In this document: piece by piece, positions 49,037-61,411 of the stretch
Layout: each line of letters starts with the position of its first letter
How positions within the stretch are numbered: position 1 is the first letter of the stretch
Assembly (NCBI GenBank): GCA_023920165.1
Contig: CP089277.1
Span: forward strand, 558,001-622,000
Source: Curvularia clavata
Lineage: Eukaryota
Direction of reading: 5' to 3'
Length of the DNA stretch: 64,000 bases
Made by a program: the position numbers and the translations under genes
The notes under the pieces: model-generated
What the model was told of the DNA's origin: nothing
The model's input: the letters and a program-made list of their open reading frames with translations, nothing else
Databases searched by the model: none

Positions 49037-51742
49037 TCAAGATTTCGACGGGGATGGATCTCTGGTGTTCTGGAAAAACTTTCTAAGTCTGCTCCCAATG
49101 TTCTTCTTCTTCTTGCTGTCTCTGGAAGGCTCGCGATGTTCTGACTGTGGACGCTGCTCAATGGAAAGCTTGCTGCGTTCACTGTTGGACGAAGCTCCCA
49201 TTAGACGAGACAGGCTGGCAATACTGGAACGCTTGCGACGTCGAGACTCAATCTCACTGGGATCAGACGACAAAGACGACGTGCGCTCACCAAACCGATG
49301 TGGACTGGCAAGTGGGAAAGCGCTCTGCATTGCACTGGTCATGGTGGACCTTGAAGAAGTTAAAGACGGCACCTCTGTCGAAATGCGAACCTCAGGTCCA
49401 GGTTCGCCAAAACGGGGTGATGGCATGACTGGGTAGTCGGTCATGGAAGAAGTTGCGGTGCCTCGACGCGATGTGTCGAATGAAAGCTGGCTGGATCGAT
49501 AGTCTGGAGATGAGAACGAAGACGCAATCGTGTCGGGGGTCATCACATTCTGCTGCTGCAGTGGAAGTGTCAGATTCATCACAGGCTGACGTTGCTTGGA
49601 GGCATCTTCGGTTGGTTGAGCCGTGACAGTAGAGTCAGAAGAATGGGTAACAGAGGACGTTCGGGGCTCCTCATAGTCTTCGACGACTTGAACAGGATCC
49701 AACTCCTGCGTTTGTTGATAGTCGTTCGCACTGCGGTCACCGGCAGGCGATACTGCTCGAGGAGATGGCGGCTCCGAGGCGTCCAGGTTGTGTGACTTTG
49801 ACCTTCTGCTCAGACCCAGTGCGTCATTAAAGGTCCAGTTGATTCCGGGTCCTTCTTGCTTCGAGTCTACTTCGACAACTGAGATTCTAGGCTCTAGAGT
49901 GTCTGCGACTGAAGGATCCGCGGTAGCTGGTCTTGGCTGGGACTGCTTTACTGGGATGGTCAGCTCGTCCTCAGGCTCTTCTTCCTCAAAAACATCAGCC
50001 ATGGGCGAAGCATTTGCAATCGCAGACGATCGATTCTCGAAAGGCACTAGTTCAGGCGCACTTTCCGTCCTTCGATGCGAGGCCGAAATGCCATTGGCAC
50101 TGTGCATGGCACGTCGATGCGCCGAGAATCCCCGCTGGCTAGTTCGAGGGCTGGAGCCGTTGGGCGTGTTGAACGGTCCGAGCGCTGCATCCAGATCAAT
50201 GACTGGGCTCATAATGTCAGAATCAACACGTTGCAGTGGACGGGGTTGCCACGACGCATAGCTAGTGTCAACCGTGATTTGAAGAGCAGGGCTCTCAGTG
50301 GGAGACACAATGGTGACGGTGGTGTCCTCGTCAAAGTTGGGCTCGAAGTCAATTTCGTCCGACTCATCAGACTCTTCACCATCGACGACAACATCAGGCG
50401 GTGGCGTAAGCGGGCGCACTTTTGACTTTTTGCTGTGCTTTCCCTTTCGAGTGATGATTGAGTTTGCCCAAGATTTGACTTTGCGGGGCTTGTGGCTACC
50501 CTTGCGCGAGGATTTTGATTTTCCAGACTCTTTTGTTGACTCGTCGTTTTCAGACATGGGTGAAGGAAGGTTTGCTTCAAAAGACTTGGAGAGGGCTGGG
50601 TCGGATGCGCTGGTAGGAAGTGTGGGAAACGAATCCGTGCCTTGGCGTGGATCCTTGTGGAAGAGACTTCGCCTCTTAGCCTGTGCTTTCGGAGTGGACA
50701 TGGGGGCGGCGGGCAGAGGAGGTGAGACTGCTGACACAGGTCGCTTGCGTTCGGGCACCTCGCCATTTAATCTGCCACTTGTAAACTTGTCTAGAATCAT
50801 TCCAGCTGTGCTTGGTCGATCTTCGTCCTGGACCGTGTTCAGCGAAGGACGTGCTGCTCTCGGAGGTGCCGGAGCATTGCCGCTGACAATTGACGAAAGA
50901 CTGTTTGCCGCAGAGTGGCCACGGAGGGTAGACAGGGAGGTCTCTGTCTCGGAGGAGATGGATGAGAGTGGGCGGATAGTCTCGATTCTATCAGAGAAGG
51001 TAACTCGGGCCCGGGATGGTGGTCGTGCCGGATCGTCGTCTGTTCTGTGCTCACGTAGCGATGGTTGGGAAATGGAGCGGTTGAACTTGTGGCCAAGGGC
51101 GAATGGGATGCCCTCGGATGGTGTGTTTGGTGCACTGCCAGTTGGAGTCGGGGTGGGAGGACTCATAATGGACGTCAGGTCGTGAGAAGAAACAGCACCT
51201 GAGCGGCGGTGCGCATGTCCACGTCGACCTGGTGGAGGGCCCGGTCGCAGTGTTGCGGTGGGTGCAGGCAGAACATCCTCGCCCTTTGTAGGACTGGTGC
51301 TCTTCAACGCGGCACCTCCAGGTCGAATGTCACCACCGATGAACTCGCTTCCGCCCCGTTTGTGCCCATGGGCGGGCTTGGAGGGCGAAACGGGCACTCC
51401 CAGTGTGTTTGGCGAATGGGGTGGTGTCGACTCTTTGGCTGGCTTTGGTGTTCCGGCAGGATTGAATGTGAAGTCAGGCAGGGCGCTGATGGATTTTTGT
51501 CTGCGGTGTGGCATAGACCCTCTGCGGCCAGTTGGATATGCTTGCATGGACATTGGCCGTGAGCTCGTTTGTGCAGGAGCTGATGAAGCCGCGTCCGGGT
51601 CTCGCATGGGAAACGAGAACTCTGGGTTAGGAATCAGCTCAATGGGGCCGGCATTGGATTGTTGTCGGCGCTGGTACAGGGGCGCGCCAATGCCGGATTG
51701 CGACTGCGTAGCACGATGTCGTGGCATGGCGGTTTGAGCCAT
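49037..51742 (-). CDS. Uncharacterised Pro/Ser-rich, largely disordered protein, 901 aa, single exon (family often labelled 'cell wall proline-rich protein')
   Basis: Long uninterrupted ORF with short motif blocks HKRGGSEFIG, RRGHAHRRSGAVSSHDL, IDLDAALGPF and HRRTESAPEL. No signal peptide visible. Confidence 0.8.
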   Translation of the reverse strand: MAQTAMPRHRATQSQSGIGAPLYQRRQQSNAGPIELIPNPEFSFPMRDPDAASSAPAQTSSRPMSMQAYPTGRRGSMPHRRQKSISALPDFTFNPAGTPKPAKESTPPHSPNTLGVPVSPSKPAHGHKRGGSEFIGGDIRPGGAALKSTSPTKGEDVLPAPTATLRPGPPPGRRGHAHRRSGAVSSHDLTSIMSPPTPTPTGSAPNTPSEGIPFALGHKFNRSISQPSLREHRTDDDPARPPSRARVTFSDRIETIRPLSSISSETETSLSTLRGHSAANSLSSIVSGNAPAPPRAARPSLNTVQDEDRPSTAGMILDKFTSGRLNGEVPERKRPVSAVSPPLPAAPMSTPKAQAKRRSLFHKDPRQGTDSFPTLPTSASDPALSKSFEANLPSPMSENDESTKESGKSKSSRKGSHKPRKVKSWANSIITRKGKHSKKSKVRPLTPPPDVVVDGEESDESDEIDFEPNFDEDTTVTIVSPTESPALQITVDTSYASWQPRPLQRVDSDIMSPVIDLDAALGPFNTPNGSSPRTSQRGFSAHRRAMHSANGISASHRRTESAPELVPFENRSSAIANASPMADVFEEEEPEDELTIPVKQSQPRPATADPSVADTLEPRISVVEVDSKQEGPGINWTFNDALGLSRRSKSHNLDASEPPSPRAVSPAGDRSANDYQQTQELDPVQVVEDYEEPRTSSVTHSSDSTVTAQPTEDASKQRQPVMNLTLPLQQQNVMTPDTIASSFSSPDYRSSQLSFDTSRRGTATSSMTDYPVMPSPRFGEPGPEVRISTEVPSLTSSRSTMTSAMQSAFPLASPHRFGERTSSLSSDPSEIESRRRKRSSIASLSRLMGASSNSERSKLSIEQRPQSEHREPSRDSKKKKNIGSRLRKFFQNTRDPSPSKS

Positions 51743-54700
51743 TGTGAAGCGGACGCGCAGGGCGAAGGCGGGCGCACTGTGGTTGGGTCAAGGGCGAGGG
51801 CGAGGTGCTACAGGCGTGAGACGAAACAAGCGCTCTCGCGGTACAAGAGCAGGCGCGATTACTACTGATGCAAGCGAGAGTCAGCACCGACGTTGGCAGA
51901 TTGCAGGGCAGTGTGCAACGTGACGCGAGGGCAGCGACTGCGGGCGAGAGCGTACAATATGGCGGTTGGTAAGGTGGTGTTGATGTTGCGAGCGGGTTTG
52001 GTTGGTGGACCGAGTGAAGCCAGTACACCCAAGAAGAATTAAGGAGCGACAGAGAAGAGGGGGAAATGAGCGGACAGATGCCTAGAGTCGCGGCGAGAGC
52101 GACAATGGGCTCCAGGAGGGGGAGGGATGGAGAGGCGCGGCGAAGATGGCGGGGGAGGTGTTGACGGTGAATTGGCGGAGTGGGTGAGAGACACGGCACC
52201 TGGGCAACTGGTCGCTTTTGTCGGTGGTTCCTGCCCAGGCCGTCTGCGCGCTAGTGGCTGCGGGCCCGTGCACGGCAGGGATCCCCAGCTCGTGGCTTGG
52301 ACCCATGCTAATCGCTGCCTCCCTCCTCATTTCGCTCCCGGTCCACTCGAGCCCGCGACGCCCTGTTGTCGACGCTGCTAGCACAAACGCCAGCCAGCCA
52401 TCAGTCTTCCTTTTTTCTTCTGTTGTATTCCTTGGGCACTGGCACTGTTGTCAGCACGCTGGAGCACCCCGTGCCGCGTCGACTTCATGTCAGGCCATGT
52501 CATGGTGCCCACAGTACCGCCCTCGCCGGCTCGTGTCCGTGGCCTGGCGCACATCATGGCAGCCAGGCAACCCCCCGAGGGCGCTGGCAGCAGTTCGTCT
52601 CGTCTCGGCTAGCCAATGCCTGCCCATAGCCGGCTAGAGTGACATTGGAGCTTGTCTAGCTCCGTATCGTCGTTTGCCTGCGCCCAGGCCGGCTGCCCAA
52701 GTAGGCTCGTCGACTGCGTCACTTCACTGGACGCTCGCCCGCCCTGTTAACGCGCCAGGAACCGCCATTATTGGCACGCCTGCCGAACCAGAACCACACA
52801 CCTCTCTGCCTCTGTCCTTAGACACGACCCTCCCTCGGCTGCATGCGGCTCCCTCAACGTCTGCCCGCTGCTCCGGCCCAAATCATTGTGCTGCCTCGTC
52901 CTGCTGTCCATCGTTGCTCTCATCGTCTTGGCCGCATGCCGCACGCCGACCCTTCTCCACCCTCGACAGAGGTCCCGCTGCCACCACTCGGCCAGCGCGG
53001 CTGGCAATCAAACAAACTATTGCCATTGCCAAGCCCTCTCTATCAATGTCTGTACATACATACACACTACAGCCCATACACGCTCCACGCTCCTCGTGCC
53101 AGCCGCCTGTCAGATGCATCCGTCTGCGGCCTCGAGACATGAAGATGGACGCTGTCTGTTTCATCCTACCCGTGCATGGTGGGGGCCTGCCTGTCCGACA
53201 TGGACAGCCAAGCGCGGATTCGATATGCAACTCGGACCAACCGACCAGGCTACGCCCATTGGATGCCAGCGCTAGCCAGGGGAACGGACGCTGTGCTATG
53301 CCTCTTCCAGTTGCGACCGAAGCTCGCCCTTGCCACCCATAAATAGTTGTTCGTCGACAAAATGCGGAGAAGTGGGATGCCAGCAAGCAGAAGCAAATAC
53401 ACGTTGTACTATTGTTCATCATCTCGCCGACTGCCCTGGCACATGAGGCTGACCGCAACCTCCAACACGCAACGTCGCATCACACTGCGACACTTGCTTC
53501 CCAAGGGCGGCGCCTACACACGCACATCTAGACGCACTTGGGTGTGCGGCACTACTTTTACCAATCTGGCGGGGTGCGTATGCAAAGATAAAGGAGCACA
53601 CACACACACATACATATGTACACACTCGACACGGCAATGCTGTGCACACAGCACACTCGACATGCACCATACCGCCTGGATACCCGCCTTGGGAATGCGT
53701 CGCGTTTGAATGAACATCCGTCTTCGTGACATGACGTTTACGGCTTCTTTGTCCTTCTCATCATTCCAGTGTCTGCAGAATTTGCTTTTCCGTGCTGAAA
53801 ATCAGGGTCAGCGCGACCAAGGCCGGCATGTCCCTGCATGCGCGACTGCTGCAGCCATCCGGTTGCACACATACATACCCAATCCAAGTCCTTGCGTCTT
53901 CTAGTCGTTTTCCGTTCGTGCACCTGTGCACAGCAACGCCCATACAATGACACGAGCGCGCTTCAAGTTTTGCGCACTCAGCACCGGTTTGACCTCGCAT
54001 CGACACCGCGCGCTCATTTGGTTGATTGTCTCCGACGTCATGAACATGGAGTACCATGTCTCCCGCTCTCTGCATCATCTGAAATGATCTCCAGGGTCTA
54101 TCTACGTATTCTTGACACAATAGGCCGGAAAAAACATTGCCGCAGAATTTGCCCATCCTCATTTCTCTCGCTCCACCCGCTGTGGCCATGTTGGAAAAAC
54201 TGTACCTGCCAAGCATCGTCGCATAAGCACTTTTTTGCACTGCTCCGAAAACAAGAGCATAGAAATGAGGATCGCGACCCATGCCTATACCGATTACGGT
54301 TCCGTTCGGTACAAGCAATACGATCGGTGGAGCGTGATGCCCGCAACGGCGTCGCTCATGGCTTCTACCGCGGCCATGGATCTGCGCCTGCACACTCTAG
54401 CGTCAACACGTTTTTTCTTTTCAGCTGCAACCAGCAGTGACAAGGAAAAAGGTCGTGTGCAGTGGGTGCTGTACCCATCATTATGATTGTTGATGACGCT
54501 ATCATCTAATATATAGCATATCCTATCGAAATGACTCTACAAAGACACTCGCTGTGTCCTTCCCAAGACGCGCTCAAGCACAATTGACTAAAAGCGCTGG
54601 CACTGCTCAGCCACTATGCTTCTCCACGCATTTTCGCGGCAACTGTTGGCTTTCCATGTGCCGCGCACCCGTCTACCTGCATCTAAATCTTCCGTTCGTG

Positions 54701-57700
54701 TCCGTCAACATTACGTGTCCGTACCTGAGCTACAGCATAACCAATTACGACTTCGATGACACAGTTTAGCCAAACTTGACTCGGGGGGAAAGTCGCGCCT
54801 GCCAAGCAATCCAACCAAGGGAGGTGTCAACCAGCCAACCGCCCTGCTACTGCAAGCCGGACTACATGGACACATGCTGTATATTGGCAAGGTTGCGAGG
54901 CACAAGAATGCACAAATTGCGAATCTCGTTTCAAGTTGTTTTGATGCCTGAGGGATGACGAGATTGCCAATTTCCGGCTTCTATTTTGCCCTGCTGCCGA
55001 ATAGGGGAAACGCCACGGCCTTTTTAACAATTCTGGCCAATAGCATACGCACAGCCATTGCTGCGCCTTACTTGCTCTCGGACCATATGACCATCATCTG
55101 CTCCCATCACGGGCAAGCCCTGGATCTAAGCACGACAAATCCTGCTTTTTCCTGCCGCATTTTCTCTTTGCCATCATCATCGTCGTCCTCGTCATTGCTG
55201 CAGCACTCGGCGCTGGCTTGACGTGGCAACAACGCGGCTCCTATGAGGGAATTTTGGGAGATTGCGTTGCTAGGTGGGCCTGTCAATCCTGCTCTACCAA
55301 TCCATCGCCGTCTTTACCAGACTTGCATACTCACTTATTCTCTAACCATTCATAGACTTGTACGCGAGCTGTCGAGACCCGCAGAGCCGCACACCTTAGT
55401 TGCGGACAGCCAACCACGCTCTGTCCCAACAGAAAAGACTTCATCAAGCTGGGAACCACTCGGATATGCTGCCATTGTATTCTCGACCACGGTTCGTCGC
55501 CATGTGCTTACTTCGACATGCGTCTCGCTTCCTGATAGGCCTGGGCCACCTTTCCCCGGACGCAGGTGCGCCTAACCCCACCCCCAGAGCAACGCTTCTG
55601 AAACTAGTCATGTCTTTCTACTCTCGCCAGCTCCAGGCTCACAAAAACAAAGAACTACTTCAGTGCCCTGATGGCCTGATTGCTCATGGTCCCTGATATT
55701 CATGTCCAATGGCTTGCCCTTTGACCAAAGGGGCAGAAATACATGATTCTCTAGTCCACATCAAACAGGCCAAGCGCGAAATTCACCCATTTGTTGAAGC
55801 ATGTTCCAGACCGTTATCTCCAATGGCGGCTGATTAGAACGCACAGTGCCAACTCGGCTTCTTGATATTGACGATATCGCTTGCCAGTCTAATGTTTTCC
55901 AAATATCCATTTGCTTTGGGGATTTCAAGCTATCCAAGCTGAGGTTGTCAGTTGGCTAGGCGACGCCACAGAACGCCATTCCACACCGGAGCGTCCGTCG
56001 CTTCCCAAGACTAGTTGCTCAATGAGTTCAGTGTAATTCCAAACGTGGCTGAGCCGAGGCCTCAATCCTCTTGTCTTGGCTGCTCGATGCGCAAAGCCCG
56101 CGATGCTCTAGACAATATCCACCTCATGACTAGATGCACCACGTCATCTGAGGGGAAACTAGCCAGATCCTTTGGTGGATTTCACTCTCTCGGCGTCGTC
56201 ATTTCTCCTACGTAAGAACCATGACAATATTTATGTCGCTGCAAGCTGTAGCACTTACATATTCACCATCAATCCCCTGCCTGGCTCATGTCTTGTCAGC
56301 ACATATCGAACCAGGTTTGGTCAAGAAATCATCCGAGTTCTGGGCCTTCGAGAATGTGGCGTCGGAAGCTCCCACGGTACCGATGCTGCAGCTTGCTTTA
56401 GTGTGCGCAAAACCTTGTCCACCTTCTCGGAGGATAGCGTGATTGCGGGTAGTCCTTGGATCTCTTGCGCCAATCTTCAGTTCTAGGCCGAGATCGACAG
56501 ACTCAAATCCTACCAGGTAACCGTAAAGACTACCTGTTTCGTAGAAAAGGGCCTTCACTTGCGAGAACCACACCATAGGTGCCTTCGGTTACGCTATGGG
56601 AGCCTGGCCTAGTCCAACACAGGTCGAGGTAGACTCGATTCCGCGGCAAGAGGCAGTTGTCTTGAGCTTAGACTGCAAAAGCAACTCCACTCGATGCAGC
56701 AGTTGCTGACGACTCCTCTCAGGCCATCATCAACCAAAGATCCATCAGCACAATGATAACAAAATGTCCTGTCGAGTTCAGGATATTCTGATTACCATTA
56801 CAAACACTTCATGGGTGCCCGTGGTGTTACAAGTTCATTCATGCATCTCTCTACATACTTCCCAGCGATTCATGCCTCTAACCACCAGCTTCATGATGCA
56901 GTGTCGTCCATCGTTCCCTTGTTATCGATAGCAACCAGCTGTGATCCAGACTTCCCAACTGCCGCCATCGCGCCGTTCCTAAGTCGGTTGTGTGACCATG
57001 TGCCACGCCACGTAAGGGCCACTAAAAGAGAAGCCACCAACCGCTGAACTTGACTGCCGTGGCACACGCCGGCGGCACGCAGCTAAACAAGTTCGAGTAA
57101 GCGAGAAACCTTGCTGATTATAGCGGCATCCCATAGCTTCAAAAGTGTTGGAAAAGAAACTAATGCAGTTACCGACCAACCGATTGTAAATCCTTATACA
57201 CTAGCGCTTCGCGCGTTGGTGGGTAGCTATGTGTATGCTGGGTCAGCAATATGTGAGGGTGTGGAGCACATGGGGTGGCCTTGAAACTGTACCAAGACGT
57301 AAGCTGCGTCTTTTTGCTGCGATCGAGCGAATGAAGGAGAGGCTGTCGGAGGGTTGGGTGATTCGTTGCGAGTGGTGTGGTCATGTGTTGTATGTGTGTA
57401 TTCCAGCGAAGGAGAGATGCTGGAGTAGATGTACATACGCGTATGGGAAGAATTGTGAGTGCTGGATCGAGTAGAGAAGAAAGCTGAGGGGTGGGACTTG
57501 ATGAACTAAGTGTACTTGTATATATGGATTCTGATATAAAGAAATGAATATTATATTTATGTACCTATTGTATACACGATATCATGTCTAAGTAGCTTTT
57601 GAAAGACTTGAGCTATGTGATTGCATCACACATATTTCCTCTCTGAAGAAGCGATGCACTGAATACCAACCTTTTGCGGACATGTCCCCTCTCCTTTTTC

Positions 57701-58806
57701 CTCACACATCTTCTGCCCTGTAACGGCTATCGTGTTCTCCCAATGCTTTTGATCCCAAACTCAAGATTACGCTTACTTCCGTGATTTTTCTCACTCCGCC
57801 CACATTGCACATGATATCTTTCACGTCAACGGAACTTGTGTTTCTTTTCTTCTTCGTGTTGTATGATATTCGCAAGTGTGATTGTAGAGCTTGAAAGTAA
57901 AAATACAAGTGAATGCGAAAGGAAAGGACGGAATGGGTTGTAGGAGAGACTTCAGACTATGGAGAGAATTCTTGTGGTGGAGGCAAAGATTTAATATTAC
58001 GAAGGCAAGAGATATGATGACATGTACCTTTGAATACTGTACTAATGTGGTATATGTAGGTTATTGGAGTTGTGTGTAGTTGCTACATAAGGGAGGGATA
58101 GACAGAAGTGTTTTCAAAGGAGGTCGAGATATCTTTCTCGTTACACGTATTTATACAGGAGAAGGATATAAAGACAAAGTTGGTCGTCATCTTGAAGGCG
58201 AGCTAGGAGGACGTTTCTAGTTCTGGTAACAATTTCTGGATATCTAATGGCGAGATTCATGAATTTTAGCAGAAGAAAGTGGTTGGGCTCTTGAACGACC
58301 TAGAGGTGATTATCGTTTCCGTAACACTTAAGTCCGATGTGTTATCGTTTAGTAGTTGAAGACCGCACAACCTAATATATGAAACTCAGTTTTCAAGGCA
58401 TCACGACAACAGTGTGTCCTGAGTTACGTCATTGCTAGTTATTGGAAAGACAATATGAGTAAGTAGCGACTTGTACACACCTCCATGTGGTTGCTGATAG
58501 ATGTACTGTTTATTTGACAACAGCCACACATCATACTTCAAGCAACCACGTCTCACCAAATCTTCTGAAACCATTCAAATCTTTAAATTCGTATTATCCA
58601 AATATTTGTATTTACCTAAATGTTGCAAAACATCACGCTCAAGACCGTCGATAGGATGCCGCTATTCCTATTATACACTAGCGTGATCGTGTGCCGCAAG
58701 TTGGCATCATCGGGTCCTGGAAACTCAAGCTTCCCCCACATGTAGTTGTCGAGCTTCGCGACTATCTTCTGACCATACGAACAAACAACCATACCCATAG
58801 TGCAAA

Positions 58807-60766
58807 ATGTCTGACGATGAGAAAGCAAAGGCGGAGAAGATGGCGGCGGCGAAGAAGCGCGTAAGTATTCCTTTCCTGTTAACTGTTACTGTTGGAGGGG
58901 GGTGCGTGTCGCCTTTACCGTTAATAGACGTGATCCACCTCTTGTAGTACAATTACCCGAACTATCGCTTTCACAAATATAAGGCGCTAACAATGTGCTA
59001 CTAGTATGAGCAATTGAAGAAGCAGAAAGCAAAGAAAGGCGGAAAGAAGAAGGAGGAGAAGACTGAGGCTCCCGCTGAAGCCGAAGCATCGACCGAACCC
59101 ACGACCGCCAAAGAGAAGCCTGAAGAGAAGTCGGAAGAAAAGCCAGAACAAGTTGCGCCAGAACCCATAGAGGCCACCAGCGTACCCCCGCCCCCAGCCG
59201 ATGAGGAGGAAGAGGATGAAGAGCCCGCAGAGTTGGGCATGTCCAAGCAGTCACACGGTCGCAAGCCTTCGGTCGCCATCGAGTCGCGACAACGATCTGA
59301 ATCATTCTACCGCTCAGGAGCTGCTACTGGACCTTTGTCACCTGGGGTTGGGGTTTCAAGCGAAGTGTACCGGGAACAAGCACAGAAGATTGAAGAGCTT
59401 GAGAAGGAAAATAAGAGGCTAGCAAGTGAAGTTGAGGAGAGTGAGAAAAGGTGGAAGAAAGGAGAGGAGGAGCTAGAGGAACTTCGAGAAAGCAGGGGGG
59501 ATGTTGCTATAGCGGTCGAGAAAGGCAAGGAGGCAGACAAACTGGTAGGTGCCTACGACTTTTGCTGGTTTCTGAGCAAGATTTTGACCTGCCCTGCAGA
59601 GAACAGAAGTCGAATCGCTCAAAAGACAGCTTTCGCAAGCGCAAGCGCAAGCGCAATCGCAAAGCAACAAATCCACACGCCGGACATCGACCGCATCTCC
59701 AAGCCAAAGCGCATCCATTGACGACCTGAATGCGCAAGTTGCTTCAAAATCTGCAACCATTGAATCGCTTGAACTAGAGATTTCCAACCTCAACAGACAG
59801 TTGTCAGAACAAACCAACAAGAACAACGAGCTTCAGTCGAAGATCACGAGTTTGGAAAGCGCAGTGCAGAAGGCAGAACAGGAAGCTAGTTCGACAAAAA
59901 CCGAACTACAGGAACTCAAGGCGAGTTTGGACAAGGCTGGTGATCAGGCAGAAAAGGATGGATCAGACCGCGACTCTGCGCAGACCCGTATTGCGCAGCT
60001 AGAGGCTGAGCTGGGCACTGCGAATCGCAAGGCATCAGACTCAATATCCCGCGCTGAGCTGCTGGAGAAGAAGATTGAGACTTTGACACAGTTACACCGC
60101 GACAACGATGCGCGAAACCAGGCACGTGTGCAAGAGCATAAGAAGATTGAGCGTGAGGCAACTGAGTTGCGCACCCGCATAACTGGTCTGAGCAACGAGA
60201 ACGCCCGTCTCCGAGAAGCAGAGCAGCGTCGTCGGAAAGCCGACCTTGGATCTATCGAAGACTCAAGCGTCCAAGAACTTCTCGACGAAGAGCGTGACCG
60301 TCTTCTCGCCAAAGTGCGCGAACTCGAGGAGGAAAACTTTGAGCTGCGCCGCGGTGTATGGCGCGACCGTCGTCGTGACATGCAGCCGTCGATTGACGAC
60401 CACGCCGATCCCAACAACTTCGACGACATTGACCTTTCTGGTGCACCGTCTCGGCAACCCCCGCCCAACCGCACTCACTCGTCCTTCCAGGATGTCATTC
60501 AATCCGGCATATCAGCCTTTACTGGACAAACCCCTGCACACCGACGAAGTGATGCGGCGAACAAGCCCAAGCCACGACAGGAGAGCCTGGGCAGCCTCGA
60601 CGAGTTTGAAATCGACGAGGATGCGTTCAGGCGGGCGCAAGAGGATGAGGCAAAGAATAGGTTGGAGAGGGTCAAGGAGGTCAAGCGCGGATTGGTGCAG
60701 TTCAAGGGCTGGAGACCGGATTTCGTAGATGTGCGAGTTGGCATGGGTGGTGTCTTTGAGGTCTGA
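58807..60766 (+). CDS. Coiled-coil golgin-like protein ('M protein repeat' type; possible GM130/Bug1 counterpart), ~586 aa; exons 58807-58860, 59005-59544, 59600-60766
   Basis: Spliced N-terminus MSDDEKAKAEKMAAAKKR|YEQLKKQKAKK, long heptad region, C-terminus DVRVGMGGVFEV. Confidence 0.82.
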
Positions 60767-61411
60767 TAGACGACATCTACATACACACACAAATGCTGCA
60801 GATTATTAGACCTTTCAAGTCGTGAATGCGTTATACGATTGTACTACGTGAGATGTAAGACGTGTCAGGTATTCATGCCAGGATACCTGGAATGCACCAT
60901 CTCCTCTCTGGCTCTGTCAGTGTCTCACCTATTTCACCATCATGCCATTTTTCAGACATGGATCGACTGTCAGCATTCATTTACACAAAACCCACATGCT
61001 ACATGCGAAAGCCTTTCTCCATCATCATCAATGCAAAAGCTGGATAGACGACTAGATCATTCTTTAAATTTTTGTATTTGAGTTTTCTAGTTATGCCGTA
61101 CCGTAACTCCGGTGGTTACAAATTGACGAAAAAAAAGAAAAGAAAAGACGAACAATGACACCAATAGAGGAACCAAGTCTCGCTAATCAAACTCCCGATT
61201 TATTTTAGGAAACCAAAAGATGCTATTTCAGAAGCAGAAGAAAATAGAACAATTGCATATCTAAGCCCCCCATGGAAACGTTGCCCGCACTGGGTCGTTG
61301 CATTATATTGGTCTGAAGGACCCATCTTGCAGGAGATGGTCCCAGATGGTGGAGATTGGGGAAGAAAAAAGAAGTTTACACCACATTGGATTCTAGATTT
61401 GACGATACTTC

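Noticed and set aside
52082..54486. Many 100-220 aa overlapping ORFs
   Set aside because: Upstream regulatory region of the 901-aa gene; random-like composition and no motifs.
526..60766. Stop-codon readthrough to cryptic peroxisomal signals
   Set aside because: The stops I checked (lyase, G-alpha, Cox24, PTH11-like, Maf1, GCLM, golgin) lack a TGA-CTA context or a downstream SKL-like end.
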